NCBI GenBank assembly: GCA_904398655.1
Contig: CAJFPF010000066.1
Span: forward strand, 14,784 to 78,783
Reading direction: 5' to 3'
From: an uncultured Anaerotruncus sp.
Lineage (GTDB): Bacteria; Bacillota; Clostridia; Oscillospirales; Ruminococcaceae
DNA: 64,000 bases
The notes below the pieces were generated by a model that was given only the letters and a program-made list of their open reading frames with translations, had not been told where the DNA came from and made no database searches. The position numbers were made by a program, and so were the translations under genes. How positions within the stretch are numbered: the first letter of the stretch is position 1; each line of letters begins with the position of its first letter. Positions 34,460 to 44,400 of the stretch are shown here, piece after piece.

Positions 34460-35446
34460 TCAAAACTGCTTTCGGTATTGGGTGGGGAGCTGGTGGGTCA
34501 CATCTTTAAAGGCCTGTGTGAACTTGCCCTGGGTCTCATAGCCCACCTGGGCGGCGATGTCCGCGATGTTTTTATCGGTTTCCCGCAGCAGTTCCATAGC
34601 TCGACGCACTCGGTACTGCTTCATATAGGTGGCAATGGGCTGGCCGTACACCGCCTTGAACACCTCCTTCAGGGAAGAGGTGTTGATGGGATAGCGCCTA
34701 GAGAGCTCCTCGATGGTGAACCTCTGGTCCAAATGGGCGGTGATAAAGTCGTGGATCTCCCGGATCAATTCGGTCTGCTGGGGGACATAGGGGGTGAGCT
34801 CCTGTTTGTTTTGGGTTTCCAAACGGAAGAGGGAGAGCAGCAGCTCCTGGACCTTTAACTGGAGATAGGGGAGCCGCCACTTCTCTGGAAGGCGGTAGAG
34901 TGGGGAGAAGATGCAGTCCATCTCTTCGCTTCCCAGAACTGCCAGAGGTTTTCCCTGACAAAATTTTTTATAGAGTATCCGAGGGGAGAGACCTGCCTCT
35001 TTCAAAATGGAGGGGATGTCCTGTTCCAGCTGGTTCAGATTGATGGAGAACAAGATCCCCTCGGAACATCCTGTAGGGAAGGTCATGACCGATTCCGCGC
35101 AGCACCCAGCGCTGTGCAATGAGAGATCTCCTGATCCCAGATAGACAGAGGCGCCATTCTCCATATTCCAACCGATTCGGCCGGAACGGCAGTGGTAGAT
35201 CTCCAGCCCAGAAGGGGTGGCACCGTGATGAAAGAGGGCCTGAGAAGCCAGAAAGCGGATAAAGGCGGCCTCAATCCCAGGGAAGACAGAATAGATTTCG
35301 ATTTTTCCCCGTCCATCGGTCTGTGCTTGGAGTTTTTGGAAAAGTGGAGTGGCTGCAGTGGAAGCGTCGTAGCGCTCCACCGCCACCATCCCCATGGGGA
35401 TGTCCCCCAGGACAGTTTCCAATGGGCAGATGGCTTCCCGCTTCAC
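34460..35446 (-). CDS. AraC-family transcriptional regulator
   Basis: 328 aa. The C-terminal double HTH is FTIEELSRRYPINTSSLKEVFKAVYG...IADIAAQVGYETQGKFTQAFK. The GTG start overlaps the ArsR stop (GTGA). Confidence 0.85.
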   Translation of the reverse strand: MKREAICPLETVLGDIPMGMVAVERYDASTAATPLFQKLQAQTDGRGKIEIYSVFPGIEAAFIRFLASQALFHHGATPSGLEIYHCRSGRIGWNMENGASVYLGSGDLSLHSAGCCAESVMTFPTGCSEGILFSINLNQLEQDIPSILKEAGLSPRILYKKFCQGKPLAVLGSEEMDCIFSPLYRLPEKWRLPYLQLKVQELLLSLFRLETQNKQELTPYVPQQTELIREIHDFITAHLDQRFTIEELSRRYPINTSSLKEVFKAVYGQPIATYMKQYRVRRAMELLRETDKNIADIAAQVGYETQGKFTQAFKDVTHQLPTQYRKQF

Positions 35447-35832
35447 AGGTCGTTCTCCTTTTCCATCCCCCGTTCCGAAGGACAGGCGATCTCCACCAGA
35501 TGTTCAATCATGTGGTGGAGCAACTGGGCCTGCTCGGTTTCAGCGGCCTTATAGTAGACCTCTTTTCCCTCCCGCCGGCTGAGGATCAGCCCGCCCGCCT
35601 TCAGCTGTTTCAAATGATGGGAGACAGCCGGGCTGGTCATATTCACCATAGAGGAGAGGTTGATGACACACTCCTCGCAGTGGCAGAGCAGCCAAAAAAT
35701 TCGGATACGGCTCCCATCCCCCAGCTGTTTAAAGATGTCGGCCACCGTTTGAAAGTTTTCCACACTGGGCATCTGGTCCAGCTCCTGTTCAATCGTCTGG
35801 CCATGGTCATGGGGCAGTTGTAAATTTGGCAT
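35443..35832 (-). CDS. ArsR/SmtB-family metal-sensing repressor
   Basis: ATG 35832 follows AAAGGAGTGG. The protein has RIRIFWLLCHCEECVINLSSMVNMTSPAVSHHLKQLKAGGLI, that is a Cys/His cluster next to the HTH. Confidence 0.85.
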   Translation of the reverse strand: MPNLQLPHDHGQTIEQELDQMPSVENFQTVADIFKQLGDGSRIRIFWLLCHCEECVINLSSMVNMTSPAVSHHLKQLKAGGLILSRREGKEVYYKAAETEQAQLLHHMIEHLVEIACPSERGMEKENDL

Positions 35833-35893
35833 AGAACCACTCCTTTTTTTCATTGTACCACAAGTTGGAGGTGTAGAAAACCCTTGACCACAT

Positions 35894-35935
35894 GGGAAGG
35901 ATCCAGCCGGTTTTTATGCCGGCTGGATCCTTCCC
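35894..35935. terminator. Perfect 17-bp hairpin between csoR and the arsR promoter region
   Basis: GGGAAGGATCCAGCCGG (35894-35910) / CCGGCTGGATCCTTCCC (35919-35935) with an 8-nt loop. There is no clear U-tract on either strand. Confidence 0.5.
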
Positions 35936-35941
35936 GTTCTG

Positions 35942-36202
35942 TTAGACAAGTTTCTCCAGGAGCTGGAGCGCCTCCTCCAGCTTTGGGTTGGGTTCCTCTG
36001 TCTGAAGACCCTCCCGTACACATCCCCTAATATGAGCCCGGATGATCTCCTGGTTTACTCGTTTCAAAAGCGCCTGGGTCGCCAGCAGCTGGTTGGAAAT
36101 ATCCACACAATAGCGGTCCTCCTCGATCATTCGGAGGATTCCGTCCAGCTGGCCCCTGGCAATTTTGATGGAACGAGTGACCTTCTCCTTGTCGGCCTTC
36201 AT
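35942..36202 (-). CDS. csoR: CsoR-family copper-sensing repressor
   Basis: 86 aa with IARGQLDGILRMIEEDRYCVDISNQLLA...IRAHIRGC (C-H-C ligand pattern). The ATG overlaps the copA TGA (ATGA). Confidence 0.85.
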   Translation of the reverse strand: MKADKEKVTRSIKIARGQLDGILRMIEEDRYCVDISNQLLATQALLKRVNQEIIRAHIRGCVREGLQTEEPNPKLEEALQLLEKLV

Positions 36203-38820
36203 AGGGTCCGTACTCCGGTCACCTCGTAGCCCTCCTCGGTGACGGCGGCTGTCAGATCCGCGTCGCTCACACCCTCAGGTACTTCCAAAGTGGCCTTTTT
36301 CTCTTCCAGGCTGACATTGACCTGGCTGGCTCCAGGGACCTTTTCCAAGGCGTGGAGCACATGTTTGACACAGTTTTGGCACATCATGCCTTCGATGGAC
36401 AATTCCTTCTTCATGACAATCCCTCCGTCGGTTTGATGGTCCGTTTCCGGAGGCAACGGGATCCCCTGGGAGGAGCCCGCCGCCGCGGGGACGGTATATT
36501 GTACAGGCGCAGGAGCGGGGATCGAATCCTCGCTGTTGGCCGAGGTACCGTGTTTGGGCTTAAAGAACCGCAGGCGCAGCGCGTTGGAGACCACGAAAAC
36601 CGAACTGAAGCTCATGGCCAGGGCGGCTACCATCGGATTCATCTTCAGATGGAACGCCGTATACCAACAACCGGCGGCGATGGGAATGCCGATCACATTG
36701 TAGAAGAACGCCCAGAATAGGTTTTCTTTGATATTCCGGATGGTGGCTTTGGAGAGCTCAATGGCCCCGGCCACATCCAATAGGTCGTTTTTCATGAGCA
36801 CAATATCGGCAGATTCCATCGCCACATCAGTACCCGCTCCAATGGCAATCCCCACATCCGCCCGCGCCAGGGCAGGGGCATCGTTGATACCGTCGCCCAC
36901 CATGGCCACCTTTTGGCCGCTTTCCTGAAGTTTGCGGATCTCCTGTTCCTTGTCCTGTGGCAGGACCTCCGCCACCACCCGGTCCACACCCACCTGTTTG
37001 CGGATGGCTTCGGCGGTCTTCTTGTGGTCACCGGTGAGCATCACCACCTGGATCCCCATGGATTGGAGCTCCTGAACAGCCTGTTTGCTGGTGGGCTTCA
37101 CAACGTCGGCCACAGCGATCATACCGATGAGCTTGCCGTTGGCGGCAAAGAACAAAGGCGTCTTGCCCTGGTCGGCCATCTGATCCTGCAGTTCCTCCAA
37201 ATTCCGGTCGTGGACGCCAAAGGCGTTCAACAGCTTTTGGTTGCCCGCCAGGCAGACTTGGCCATGGATCGTACCTTTGATCCCCTGGCCCGGAATCTGT
37301 TCAAACTGTTCCACTGGCAGGAAAGGAATTTCCTGCCGCTGGGCTTCCGCCACAATGGACTTGGCCAGGGGATGCTCCGAGAGCTTTTCCAAAGAGGCGG
37401 CGGTCTGGAGCAGCTGCTGCTGGGACGCATCCTCCCGGCAGACCAAATCGGTAACCATGGGTTTGCCCTGGGTGATGGTGCCGGTCTTATCCAATACCAC
37501 CACTTTGACGCTGTGGGCCGTCTCCAATGCCTCAGCGGACTTGATGAGGATCCCGTTGGTGGCGCCCTTCCCGGTCCCCACCATAATAGCGGTGGGGGTG
37601 GCCAGTCCCAGCGCGCAGGGGCAGGATACCACCAACACGGAGACCGCGATGGTCATGGCGAATTCAAAGGTGGCTCCAGAGACCAGCCATACAATCATTG
37701 AGATCAGGGCAATGGCAATGACGATTGGCACAAATACGCCCGCCACCCTGTCCGCCAGCTTGGCAATGGGGGCTTTGGAGCTGGTGGCCTCGTCCACTAG
37801 GCGGATGATCTGGGATAGAGCGGTTTCGTCCCCTACCTTGTCCGCCCGCATTTGGAAGTAACCGCTCTGGTTGATGGTGGCGCCAATGACCTTGTCTCCG
37901 GCCTGTTTGTCCACCGGGATGCTTTCGCCGGTGATGGCCGATTCGTCCACCGAGGCGGTCCCCTCCAGAAGTACGCCATCCACAGGGATGGATTCGCCGG
38001 CCTTGACAATGAGGATATCGCCCTTTTCCACCTCATCCGCGGGAATTACCGACTCCACACCATCCCGCAGGACGGTGGCGGTCTTGGGTGCCAGGTTCAA
38101 CAGTTTGTTGATTGCGTCGGAGGTACGGCCCTTGGCCCTGGCCTCGAAAAATTTCCCCAGGGTGATGAGGGTGAGGATGGTGCCGGCGCCTTCAAAATAG
38201 AGGTCATGGGTGAACTGCTGAACCATGGCGAGGTCCCCATGTCCAAACCCGTAGGCAATTTTATAGAGGGCGTAGATCCCGTAAACCATGGAGGCGCCGG
38301 AACCCAATGCAATGAGGGAGTCCATATTGGGGGAGCCGTGGAAGAGGGTTTTGAACCCCATCCGGTAGTACTTATTATTGATAATACTCACCGGAAGCGC
38401 CAGTAGAAACAGGGTCAAAGCGTAGACCATGGCATTTTCCGTGCCCAAGAAAAAACCGGGGAGCGGCCACCCCATCATATGCCCCATGGAGATATAGAAC
38501 AGGGGAACCGTGAAGACAAACGACCAAATCACGCGCCGCTTCATCGTTTGGTATTCCTTTTTGGCCTCGTTTACGGGGGAGGCAGCTGGCGCGGCGGCTT
38601 TGTTCTTGGCAGCCTGCACAGAGGCGCCGTATCCGGCCTTCTCCACCGCTCCAATGATCTGTTCGCTGTTCAAAGCGGCGCCATCGTAATTGACGACCAT
38701 GCTATTTTTCAATAGGTTCACCGTGCACTGTTGTACCCCTGGCAGGGCGGAGACACTTTTTTCCACCCGGGCGGAACAGGCAGCGCAGGTCATCCCTGTG
38801 ACGTTGTATTTCTCCTGCAT
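36199..38820 (-). CDS. copA: Cu(I)-translocating P1B-1-type ATPase with N-terminal and C-terminal HMA domains
   Basis: 873 aa. N-terminal GMTCAACSARVE, CPC (SCPCALG), DKTGT, GDGINDAP, plus TM7 YN (FFYNVIG) and TM8 MSFSS. A C-terminal extension carries a second HMA domain, GMMCQNCVKHV. Confidence 0.9.
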   Translation of the reverse strand: MQEKYNVTGMTCAACSARVEKSVSALPGVQQCTVNLLKNSMVVNYDGAALNSEQIIGAVEKAGYGASVQAAKNKAAAPAASPVNEAKKEYQTMKRRVIWSFVFTVPLFYISMGHMMGWPLPGFFLGTENAMVYALTLFLLALPVSIINNKYYRMGFKTLFHGSPNMDSLIALGSGASMVYGIYALYKIAYGFGHGDLAMVQQFTHDLYFEGAGTILTLITLGKFFEARAKGRTSDAINKLLNLAPKTATVLRDGVESVIPADEVEKGDILIVKAGESIPVDGVLLEGTASVDESAITGESIPVDKQAGDKVIGATINQSGYFQMRADKVGDETALSQIIRLVDEATSSKAPIAKLADRVAGVFVPIVIAIALISMIVWLVSGATFEFAMTIAVSVLVVSCPCALGLATPTAIMVGTGKGATNGILIKSAEALETAHSVKVVVLDKTGTITQGKPMVTDLVCREDASQQQLLQTAASLEKLSEHPLAKSIVAEAQRQEIPFLPVEQFEQIPGQGIKGTIHGQVCLAGNQKLLNAFGVHDRNLEELQDQMADQGKTPLFFAANGKLIGMIAVADVVKPTSKQAVQELQSMGIQVVMLTGDHKKTAEAIRKQVGVDRVVAEVLPQDKEQEIRKLQESGQKVAMVGDGINDAPALARADVGIAIGAGTDVAMESADIVLMKNDLLDVAGAIELSKATIRNIKENLFWAFFYNVIGIPIAAGCWYTAFHLKMNPMVAALAMSFSSVFVVSNALRLRFFKPKHGTSANSEDSIPAPAPVQYTVPAAAGSSQGIPLPPETDHQTDGGIVMKKELSIEGMMCQNCVKHVLHALEKVPGASQVNVSLEEKKATLEVPEGVSDADLTAAVTEEGYEVTGVRTL

Positions 38821-38851
38821 ATTGACAGGACCTCCTTTGCAGGAAAGATTA

Positions 38852-38874
38852 ATACCCCCACGGGGTGTAGGTAT
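38852..38874 (-). promoter_or_regulatory. Candidate CsoR operator in the copA promoter
   Basis: ATACCCCCACGGGGTGTAGGTAT. The outer arms ATACC/GGTAT flank a G/C-tract pseudo-palindrome, CCCC-AC-GGGG. It lies 32 nt upstream of the copA ATG. Confidence 0.5.
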
Positions 38875-39038
38875 CTTCGATGTTTAATATACCAAATAAG
38901 GAGAGTTTTGTATTGCCCATTTAGAAGGTTTTTTTGCCCAATCAGAAATTTTTCAAGGGATTAAAAAGTTTCCTCAGGTTGCCCTTTGCCGAAACAGAAG
39001 TTATTTTACCCCAAATAGAAGGATCTCTCCAAAATCCC

Positions 39039-39067
39039 TTGACATTTGTGTGCCATGAGCATATGAT
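39039..39067 (+). promoter_or_regulatory. Candidate sigma-A promoter of the HMA/cad unit
   Basis: TTGACA (39039-39044), a 17-nt spacer, then TATGAT (39062-39067). Confidence 0.55.
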
Positions 39068-39081
39068 AAAATCAAAGTTTA

Positions 39082-39099
39082 AATAATTATTTAATTATT
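39082..39099 (+). promoter_or_regulatory. Perfect 8-2-8 inverted repeat (candidate repressor operator)
   Basis: AATAATTA-TT-TAATTATT, located 15 nt downstream of the -10 and 28 nt upstream of the HMA ATG. Confidence 0.45.
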
Positions 39100-39126
39100 G
39101 AATTTATTTTGAGAGGAGCGCTTACC

Positions 39127-39345
39127 ATGAAAAAGACCTATAAAATTGACGTGGACTGCGCCAACTGTGCCAATAAAATGGAGGAAGCCGCCCGGAAGAC
39201 CGAAGGGGTGAAAAGCGCTACAGTGAACTTTATGACCCTAAAGATGATTGTGGAGTTTTTGGAGAACCACGATCCCCAGACGGTGATGCAGCAGGTCCGC
39301 AAAAACTGCAAACGGGTGGAGTCCGACTGCGAAGTCTACCTCTAA
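39127..39345 (+). CDS. Stand-alone heavy-metal-associated (HMA) domain protein
   Basis: ATG 39127 follows GAGAGGAG. The 72-aa protein is MKKTYKIDVDCANCANKMEEAARKTEGVKSATVNF..., carrying the CANC motif seen in CadA-type N-terminal domains. Confidence 0.8.
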   Translation: MKKTYKIDVDCANCANKMEEAARKTEGVKSATVNFMTLKMIVEFLENHDPQTVMQQVRKNCKRVESDCEVYL

Positions 39346-39356
39346 GCCTCAGGCCG

Positions 39357-39387
39357 GCACCCGCCCATCTGTGGGGCGGGTGCTTTT
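39357..39387 (+). terminator. Intrinsic terminator between the HMA gene and the ATPase gene
   Basis: 10-bp GC-rich stem GCACCCGCCC / GGGCGGGTGC with a 7-nt loop, followed by TTTT. Confidence 0.7.
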
Positions 39388-39445
39388 CCGGAACCGATAA
39401 ATCAATAAATAAGCAATCATTAAATGATGAAAGTGGGTGTACACA

Positions 39446-41332
39446 ATGAACAAGCGACAGAAGCGGATGCTTGCCCGCATCCTGCTGGCGGCGGCACTGC
39501 TGCTCGCCCTTTCTTTTACCTCCATTACAGGCTGGATGCGCTTTGTTCTCTATTTGGTGCCCTATCTGGTGATCGGTTACGACATCCTCTTAAAAGCCTT
39601 TAAAGGGATCAAGAACCGTCAGGTGTTTGACGAGAATTTTCTGATGGCGGTGGCCACGGTGGGGGCAATCGCCCTGGCCCTCTATGAGCAGAGCGGCGAC
39701 TATACCGAGGCGATTGCCGTGATGCTGTTCTATCAGGTGGGGGAGTGGTTCCAAAGCTACGCCGTGGGAAAGAGCCGCCGGAACATCAGCGATTTGATGG
39801 ATATCCGCCCCGACTATGCAAATTTGGAGCGGGATGGCCAACTGGAACGGTTGGACCCTGATGAGGTGGAAATCGGCTCTGTGATTGTGGTCCAGCCAGG
39901 GGAGAAGGTCCCGATTGATGGCGTAGTGTTGGAGGGAAGCTCCTCTTTGAACACCAGCGCTCTCACGGGAGAGAGCCTTCCCCGGGATGTTGGGGAGGGG
40001 GACGAGATCATCTCCGGCTGCATCAATATGACCGGCCTTCTGAAAATCAAGACTACCAAGGAATTTGGGGAATCCACCGTCTCCAAGATCCTGGACCTGG
40101 TGGAAAATGCCAGTTCCCGCAAGTCCAAATCGGAGGACTTTATCTCCAAATTTGCCCGTGTCTATACCCCGGCTGTCTGTTACGCCGCGCTGGCCCTGGC
40201 CATCCTGCCTCCCCTTGTGCGAATGCTGGGGCTGGGTCTGCCTGCGGACTGGGGCACTTGGGTCTACCGCGCCCTCACTTTCCTGGTGATCTCCTGTCCC
40301 TGCGCGTTGGTCATCAGCATTCCGTTGAGCTTTTTCGCTGGGATCGGCGGGGCCAGCAAGGCCGGGGTCCTGGTGAAGGGTTCCAACTATTTGGAGACCC
40401 TCTCCCAAACGAAAATCGTGGTGTTTGATAAGACCGGTACCTTGACCCAAGGGGTATTCGAGGTCAACGGCATCCATCACAGCGAGATGGAGAACTCCAA
40501 ATTGGTGGAATATGCCGCCCTGGCGGAGAGCGCCTCCTCCCACCCCATTAGCAGGAGCCTGCAAAGGGCCTATGGAAGGGAAATCGATCGTAGCCGGGTC
40601 ACGGACATTCAGGAGATCAGTGGGAATGGTGTGATTGCCAAGGTGGATGGTGTCTCGGTCGCCGTCGGAAACGGCAAACTGATGGATCGGTTGGAGATCC
40701 CCTACATCCCCTGCCACAGTGTGGGCACCATCATCCATATGGCCATCGACGGCAAATACGCCGGCCATATTGTCATCTCAGACATTGTAAAACCCCATGC
40801 CAAACAGGCGATCCAGGCATTGAAGGAATCGGGCATCCATAAGACGGTGATGCTCACCGGTGACGCCAAACGGGTGGCTGACCAGGTGGCCGAAACGCTG
40901 GGGCTCGACCAGGTCTACAGTGAGCTGCTTCCGGCAGGCAAGGTGGAAAAAGTGGAGGAGTTGTTGCAAAGCAGATCCGAGAAGGAGAAGCTCGCATTTG
41001 TGGGGGATGGGATCAATGACGCTCCGGTACTCAGCCGGGCGGATATCGGCATCGCCATGGGGGCCATGGGCTCGGATGCGGCCATCGAGGCTGCCGATGT
41101 GGTGCTCATGGACGATGACCCATTGAAGATTGCCAAAGCCATAAAAATCTCCCGGAAGTGCTTGCGCATTGTCTATCAGAACATTGTCTTTGCCATCGGC
41201 GTGAAGTTGTTGTGCCTGGCTCTCGGCGCATTTGGGATTGCCAACATGTGGCTGGCTATCTTCGCCGATGTGGGCGTCATGATTCTGGCGGTACTCAACG
41301 CCATCCGCGCCCTGTTTGTAAAAAACCTCTAA
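39446..41332 (+). CDS. cadA: Zn/Cd/Pb-type (P1B-2) heavy-metal P-type ATPase lacking an N-terminal metal-binding domain
   Basis: About 628 aa starting directly with TM segments. It has SCPCALVIS, DKTGTLT, GDGINDAP, N-x7-K (NIVFAIGVK) and DxG (ADVG), which fit P1B-2 signatures. GTG 39437 is an alternative start. Confidence 0.85.
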   Translation: MNKRQKRMLARILLAAALLLALSFTSITGWMRFVLYLVPYLVIGYDILLKAFKGIKNRQVFDENFLMAVATVGAIALALYEQSGDYTEAIAVMLFYQVGEWFQSYAVGKSRRNISDLMDIRPDYANLERDGQLERLDPDEVEIGSVIVVQPGEKVPIDGVVLEGSSSLNTSALTGESLPRDVGEGDEIISGCINMTGLLKIKTTKEFGESTVSKILDLVENASSRKSKSEDFISKFARVYTPAVCYAALALAILPPLVRMLGLGLPADWGTWVYRALTFLVISCPCALVISIPLSFFAGIGGASKAGVLVKGSNYLETLSQTKIVVFDKTGTLTQGVFEVNGIHHSEMENSKLVEYAALAESASSHPISRSLQRAYGREIDRSRVTDIQEISGNGVIAKVDGVSVAVGNGKLMDRLEIPYIPCHSVGTIIHMAIDGKYAGHIVISDIVKPHAKQAIQALKESGIHKTVMLTGDAKRVADQVAETLGLDQVYSELLPAGKVEKVEELLQSRSEKEKLAFVGDGINDAPVLSRADIGIAMGAMGSDAAIEAADVVLMDDDPLKIAKAIKISRKCLRIVYQNIVFAIGVKLLCLALGAFGIANMWLAIFADVGVMILAVLNAIRALFVKNL

Positions 41333-41350
41333 CCCCATTTGGAGTCTTTT

Positions 41351-41381
41351 TCCCCGCCCGCCTTTGCGGACGGGGAATTTT
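41351..41381 (+). terminator. Rho-independent terminator (one mismatch in the stem)
   Basis: TCCCCGCCCGC / GCGGACGGGGA with loop CTTT, followed by ATTTTA. Confidence 0.6.
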
Positions 41382-41425
41382 ATGTTAAAATAGGAAACTA
41401 GGAAAATGGGGAAAGGGGTGCTCAA

Positions 41426-44400
41426 ATGCTGGAGCTGATCCTGGGAGCGGCGGGAACTGGGAAAACCGCACTGCTATACGAGAAGTTGGAGCGCTGTGTA
41501 TCGGCGGGGAAGCGAGCGATTTTACTGGTGCCGGAACAGGCCAGCTTTGAGAGCGAAAAGACCTTGAACCGCCTATTGGGGCCCCAGGCCAGCCTCTCGG
41601 TGGAGGTATTGAGCTTTACCAGGCTTTGCGACCGGATCTTCCGGGAATATGGCGGGCTGGCGGGGATCCAGCTGGATGAGACCGCCAAATATCTGCTGAT
41701 GAGCGTGGCATTGGAGGAGTTGGAGGATCAGCTCCAGGTCTATCAAAAAAACCGTTCCAGCGCGGCCTTTGTGTCCACCATGTGCGAGACCATCGGAGAG
41801 CTAAAGACCGCGGGCGCCACGCCGGCGGATCTGCGCCGGGCAGCCGCGGGGAGCGGGCCGGCCCTGCGGGACAAGCTTCAGGAGATTGCCCTCATCTTTG
41901 AGGTTTGGCAGGCAATGGTAGAACGGGGCTACCAGGATCCGGACGACGCCCCGCTGCGTGCCTGCCGCCGCTTGGAGGGGACTGATTTTTTTGCACATTA
42001 TGACGTCTTTATTGATGGATTTATGTCGTTTATGGGTGGGGAGTGGCGCCTGATTTCCCGAATTTTGGAGGGCAGCCCCCATGTAGCCGTGACTTTTTGT
42101 TGTGATGAATTGGGAAGTAGTCATGCCCTGGCAGGGGCATTTTCCGCCGTTACAAAGACCGCTCAAAGAATGGTGCGCCTGGCGCGTGAGGTGGGAAGCC
42201 AGGTGGCGCCGCCGGTTGTGTTGCGGGAACAACGGCGGTTTCAATCGGAGACGCTGGCTTATTTGGCCCGTGTCCTTCCTCAAATCCATCCGGAGCCCCT
42301 GGAGGAGACTGGGGAGGGGGTGTGCCTGGTCTCCTGCGAGGACGTCTATGAGGAGCTGGAGTATGTAGGGGCCCAGATCGCCCGTTTGGTGCGGGAGAAG
42401 GGATACCGCTACCGAGAGATTGCGGTGATTGGTCGGGAGCTGGACAGGTATCTGCTGCCTGTTCAAACGGTGTTTGAACGGTATGAAATCCCATTTTTTA
42501 CCGATCTGCGGGTAGATATCCAAGTCCATCCCCTGGTCAGCGGAACGTTGTGCGCCTTGGACGCGGTACGCAGCGGGTTTGAAACGGAGTATCTCCTAAC
42601 CCTTTCCAAAAACTGCATTTTAGGGCTCTCCCCATTGGAGGCGGGGGCCCTGGAGAACTACTGTTATCTCTGGGGGGTCAAATCCGCCGCTTGGCGGTCG
42701 GACTTCCAGAACCACCCCGACGGGATGGAGGCAGAGCTCTCCCCGGAACAGGCCGGGCGGCTTCAGGAGCTCAACCAAACCCGGAAGCGGTTGGTGGAAC
42801 CATTGCTGGTATTGCGCCGCCGCCTGGATGGATGCAATGGGAGGGAGTTTGCCGCCGGGGTGTTTGGCTGGCTGGAGCAGAGCCATGCGGTACAGAATCT
42901 CCAAGCGTTTGCCCAAAAGATGGAGCCAGATGAGCAAAAGCGTTTTTTGGACCTGAGCGTTCAGGTGTGGGATCTATTGTTGGGGATTTTGGATGTATTT
43001 GGAGGCGCCCTGGCGGAGATCCACCTGCCGTTGCAACGGTATGTGGATCTGTTGCGCATCTGCCTGGCCTCGGCGGATGTGGGAATGTTGCCCCAGACAC
43101 TGGACCAGGTGATTGTGGGGGAGGCGGACCGGATACGTCCCAATGAGCCGAAAGCGGTGTTTGTCATTGGCGCCAATGAGGGGATTTTTCCCCGTTGGAG
43201 TGTCCCCGCAGGGATTTTTTCCGCCTCTGAACGGGACAAGCTGCGCAACCAGGGGATCGACCTGCTCCAAACTCCGGAGAATTCGGTGCTGTTTGAACAG
43301 TATTTCCTCTATTTCGCGCTCACACGGGCTTCCCAAAAGCTGTGGGTCACCTGGCCGATACGGGATGCCTCCGGAAATGGACTTTCTCCCTCCTCCTTTG
43401 TGGAGGAGATAGGGCGGATGCTCCGCCTGGATTTTCAAACCGCCCGGACTGCTTCCCCTTTGGATTTCATCGCCAATGAGGACACGGCCTACGACCTATT
43501 GACCCGCCTTTGGGGTCGGCGGGTACCGGAACGGGAGGCTCTGCGGCGGTATTTTTGCAACGCCGCTCCTGAACGCTTGGAACATTTGGAACAAAACGCC
43601 AAGTCCCGCCAGTTTATTCTGGCCGACCATGCCTTGGCCCGGTCGCTTTTCGGGGAGAAGATGCATCTCTCCCCCTCCCGGGTGGAGCGGTATTACACCT
43701 GCGCCTTTTCCTACTTTTGCCAGTCGGGCCTGCGGCTCCGACCCCGGGGTAAGGTGGAATATGACCCTATGAACTCGGGATCGCTGATCCACCTGGTGTT
43801 GGAACAGATGGTCCGGCGCCACGGGGGGCGGGGGTTGGGTGCCCTCTCCGCGGAACAATTGCGCCGGGAGGTTTCCCAGCTCATCCAACAGGAGCTCTCC
43901 TCCAAAATTGCTGACCTGGAGGGGATGCCCGCCCGGTTCCGATTCCTCTTCCGGCGGCTGGTGAACATGTTGGTGCGGCTGTTGCAGCGGTTGGCGGCAG
44001 AATTTGCCCAGTCGGGCTACCAGCCGGCTGCCTTTGAACTGCCCATCGGGGAGAAGGAGCGGGTGAAGCCCTTACATCTCGTAGCCGCGGATGGCACCCA
44101 GGTGGTGGTGGAGGGGATTGTGGACCGGGTGGATCTATTCCGCCGTGGAGAAAAGACCTATGTGCGGGTGGTGGACTACAAATCCGGCCAAAAGGTGTTC
44201 CGTCTTTCGGATGTCTATTACGGCCTCAATCTACAGATGCTGATCTATTTATTCGCCCTATGCGACAACGGTGGGGGAGATATACTCCCCGGTGGGGTAC
44301 TCTATATGCCTGCCATGGCCCAGATGGTCTCAGTCCCCCGGGACGCGCCGGAGGAGGTGGTTCAGGCGGAACAGCGAAAACACCTGCGGATGAATGGGTT

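Noticed and set aside
38690-38964. Small plus-strand ORFs (65 and 77 aa) in or near the copA promoter region.
   Set aside because: They begin antisense to the copA 5-prime end, have no RBS, and run across the AT-rich regulatory region.
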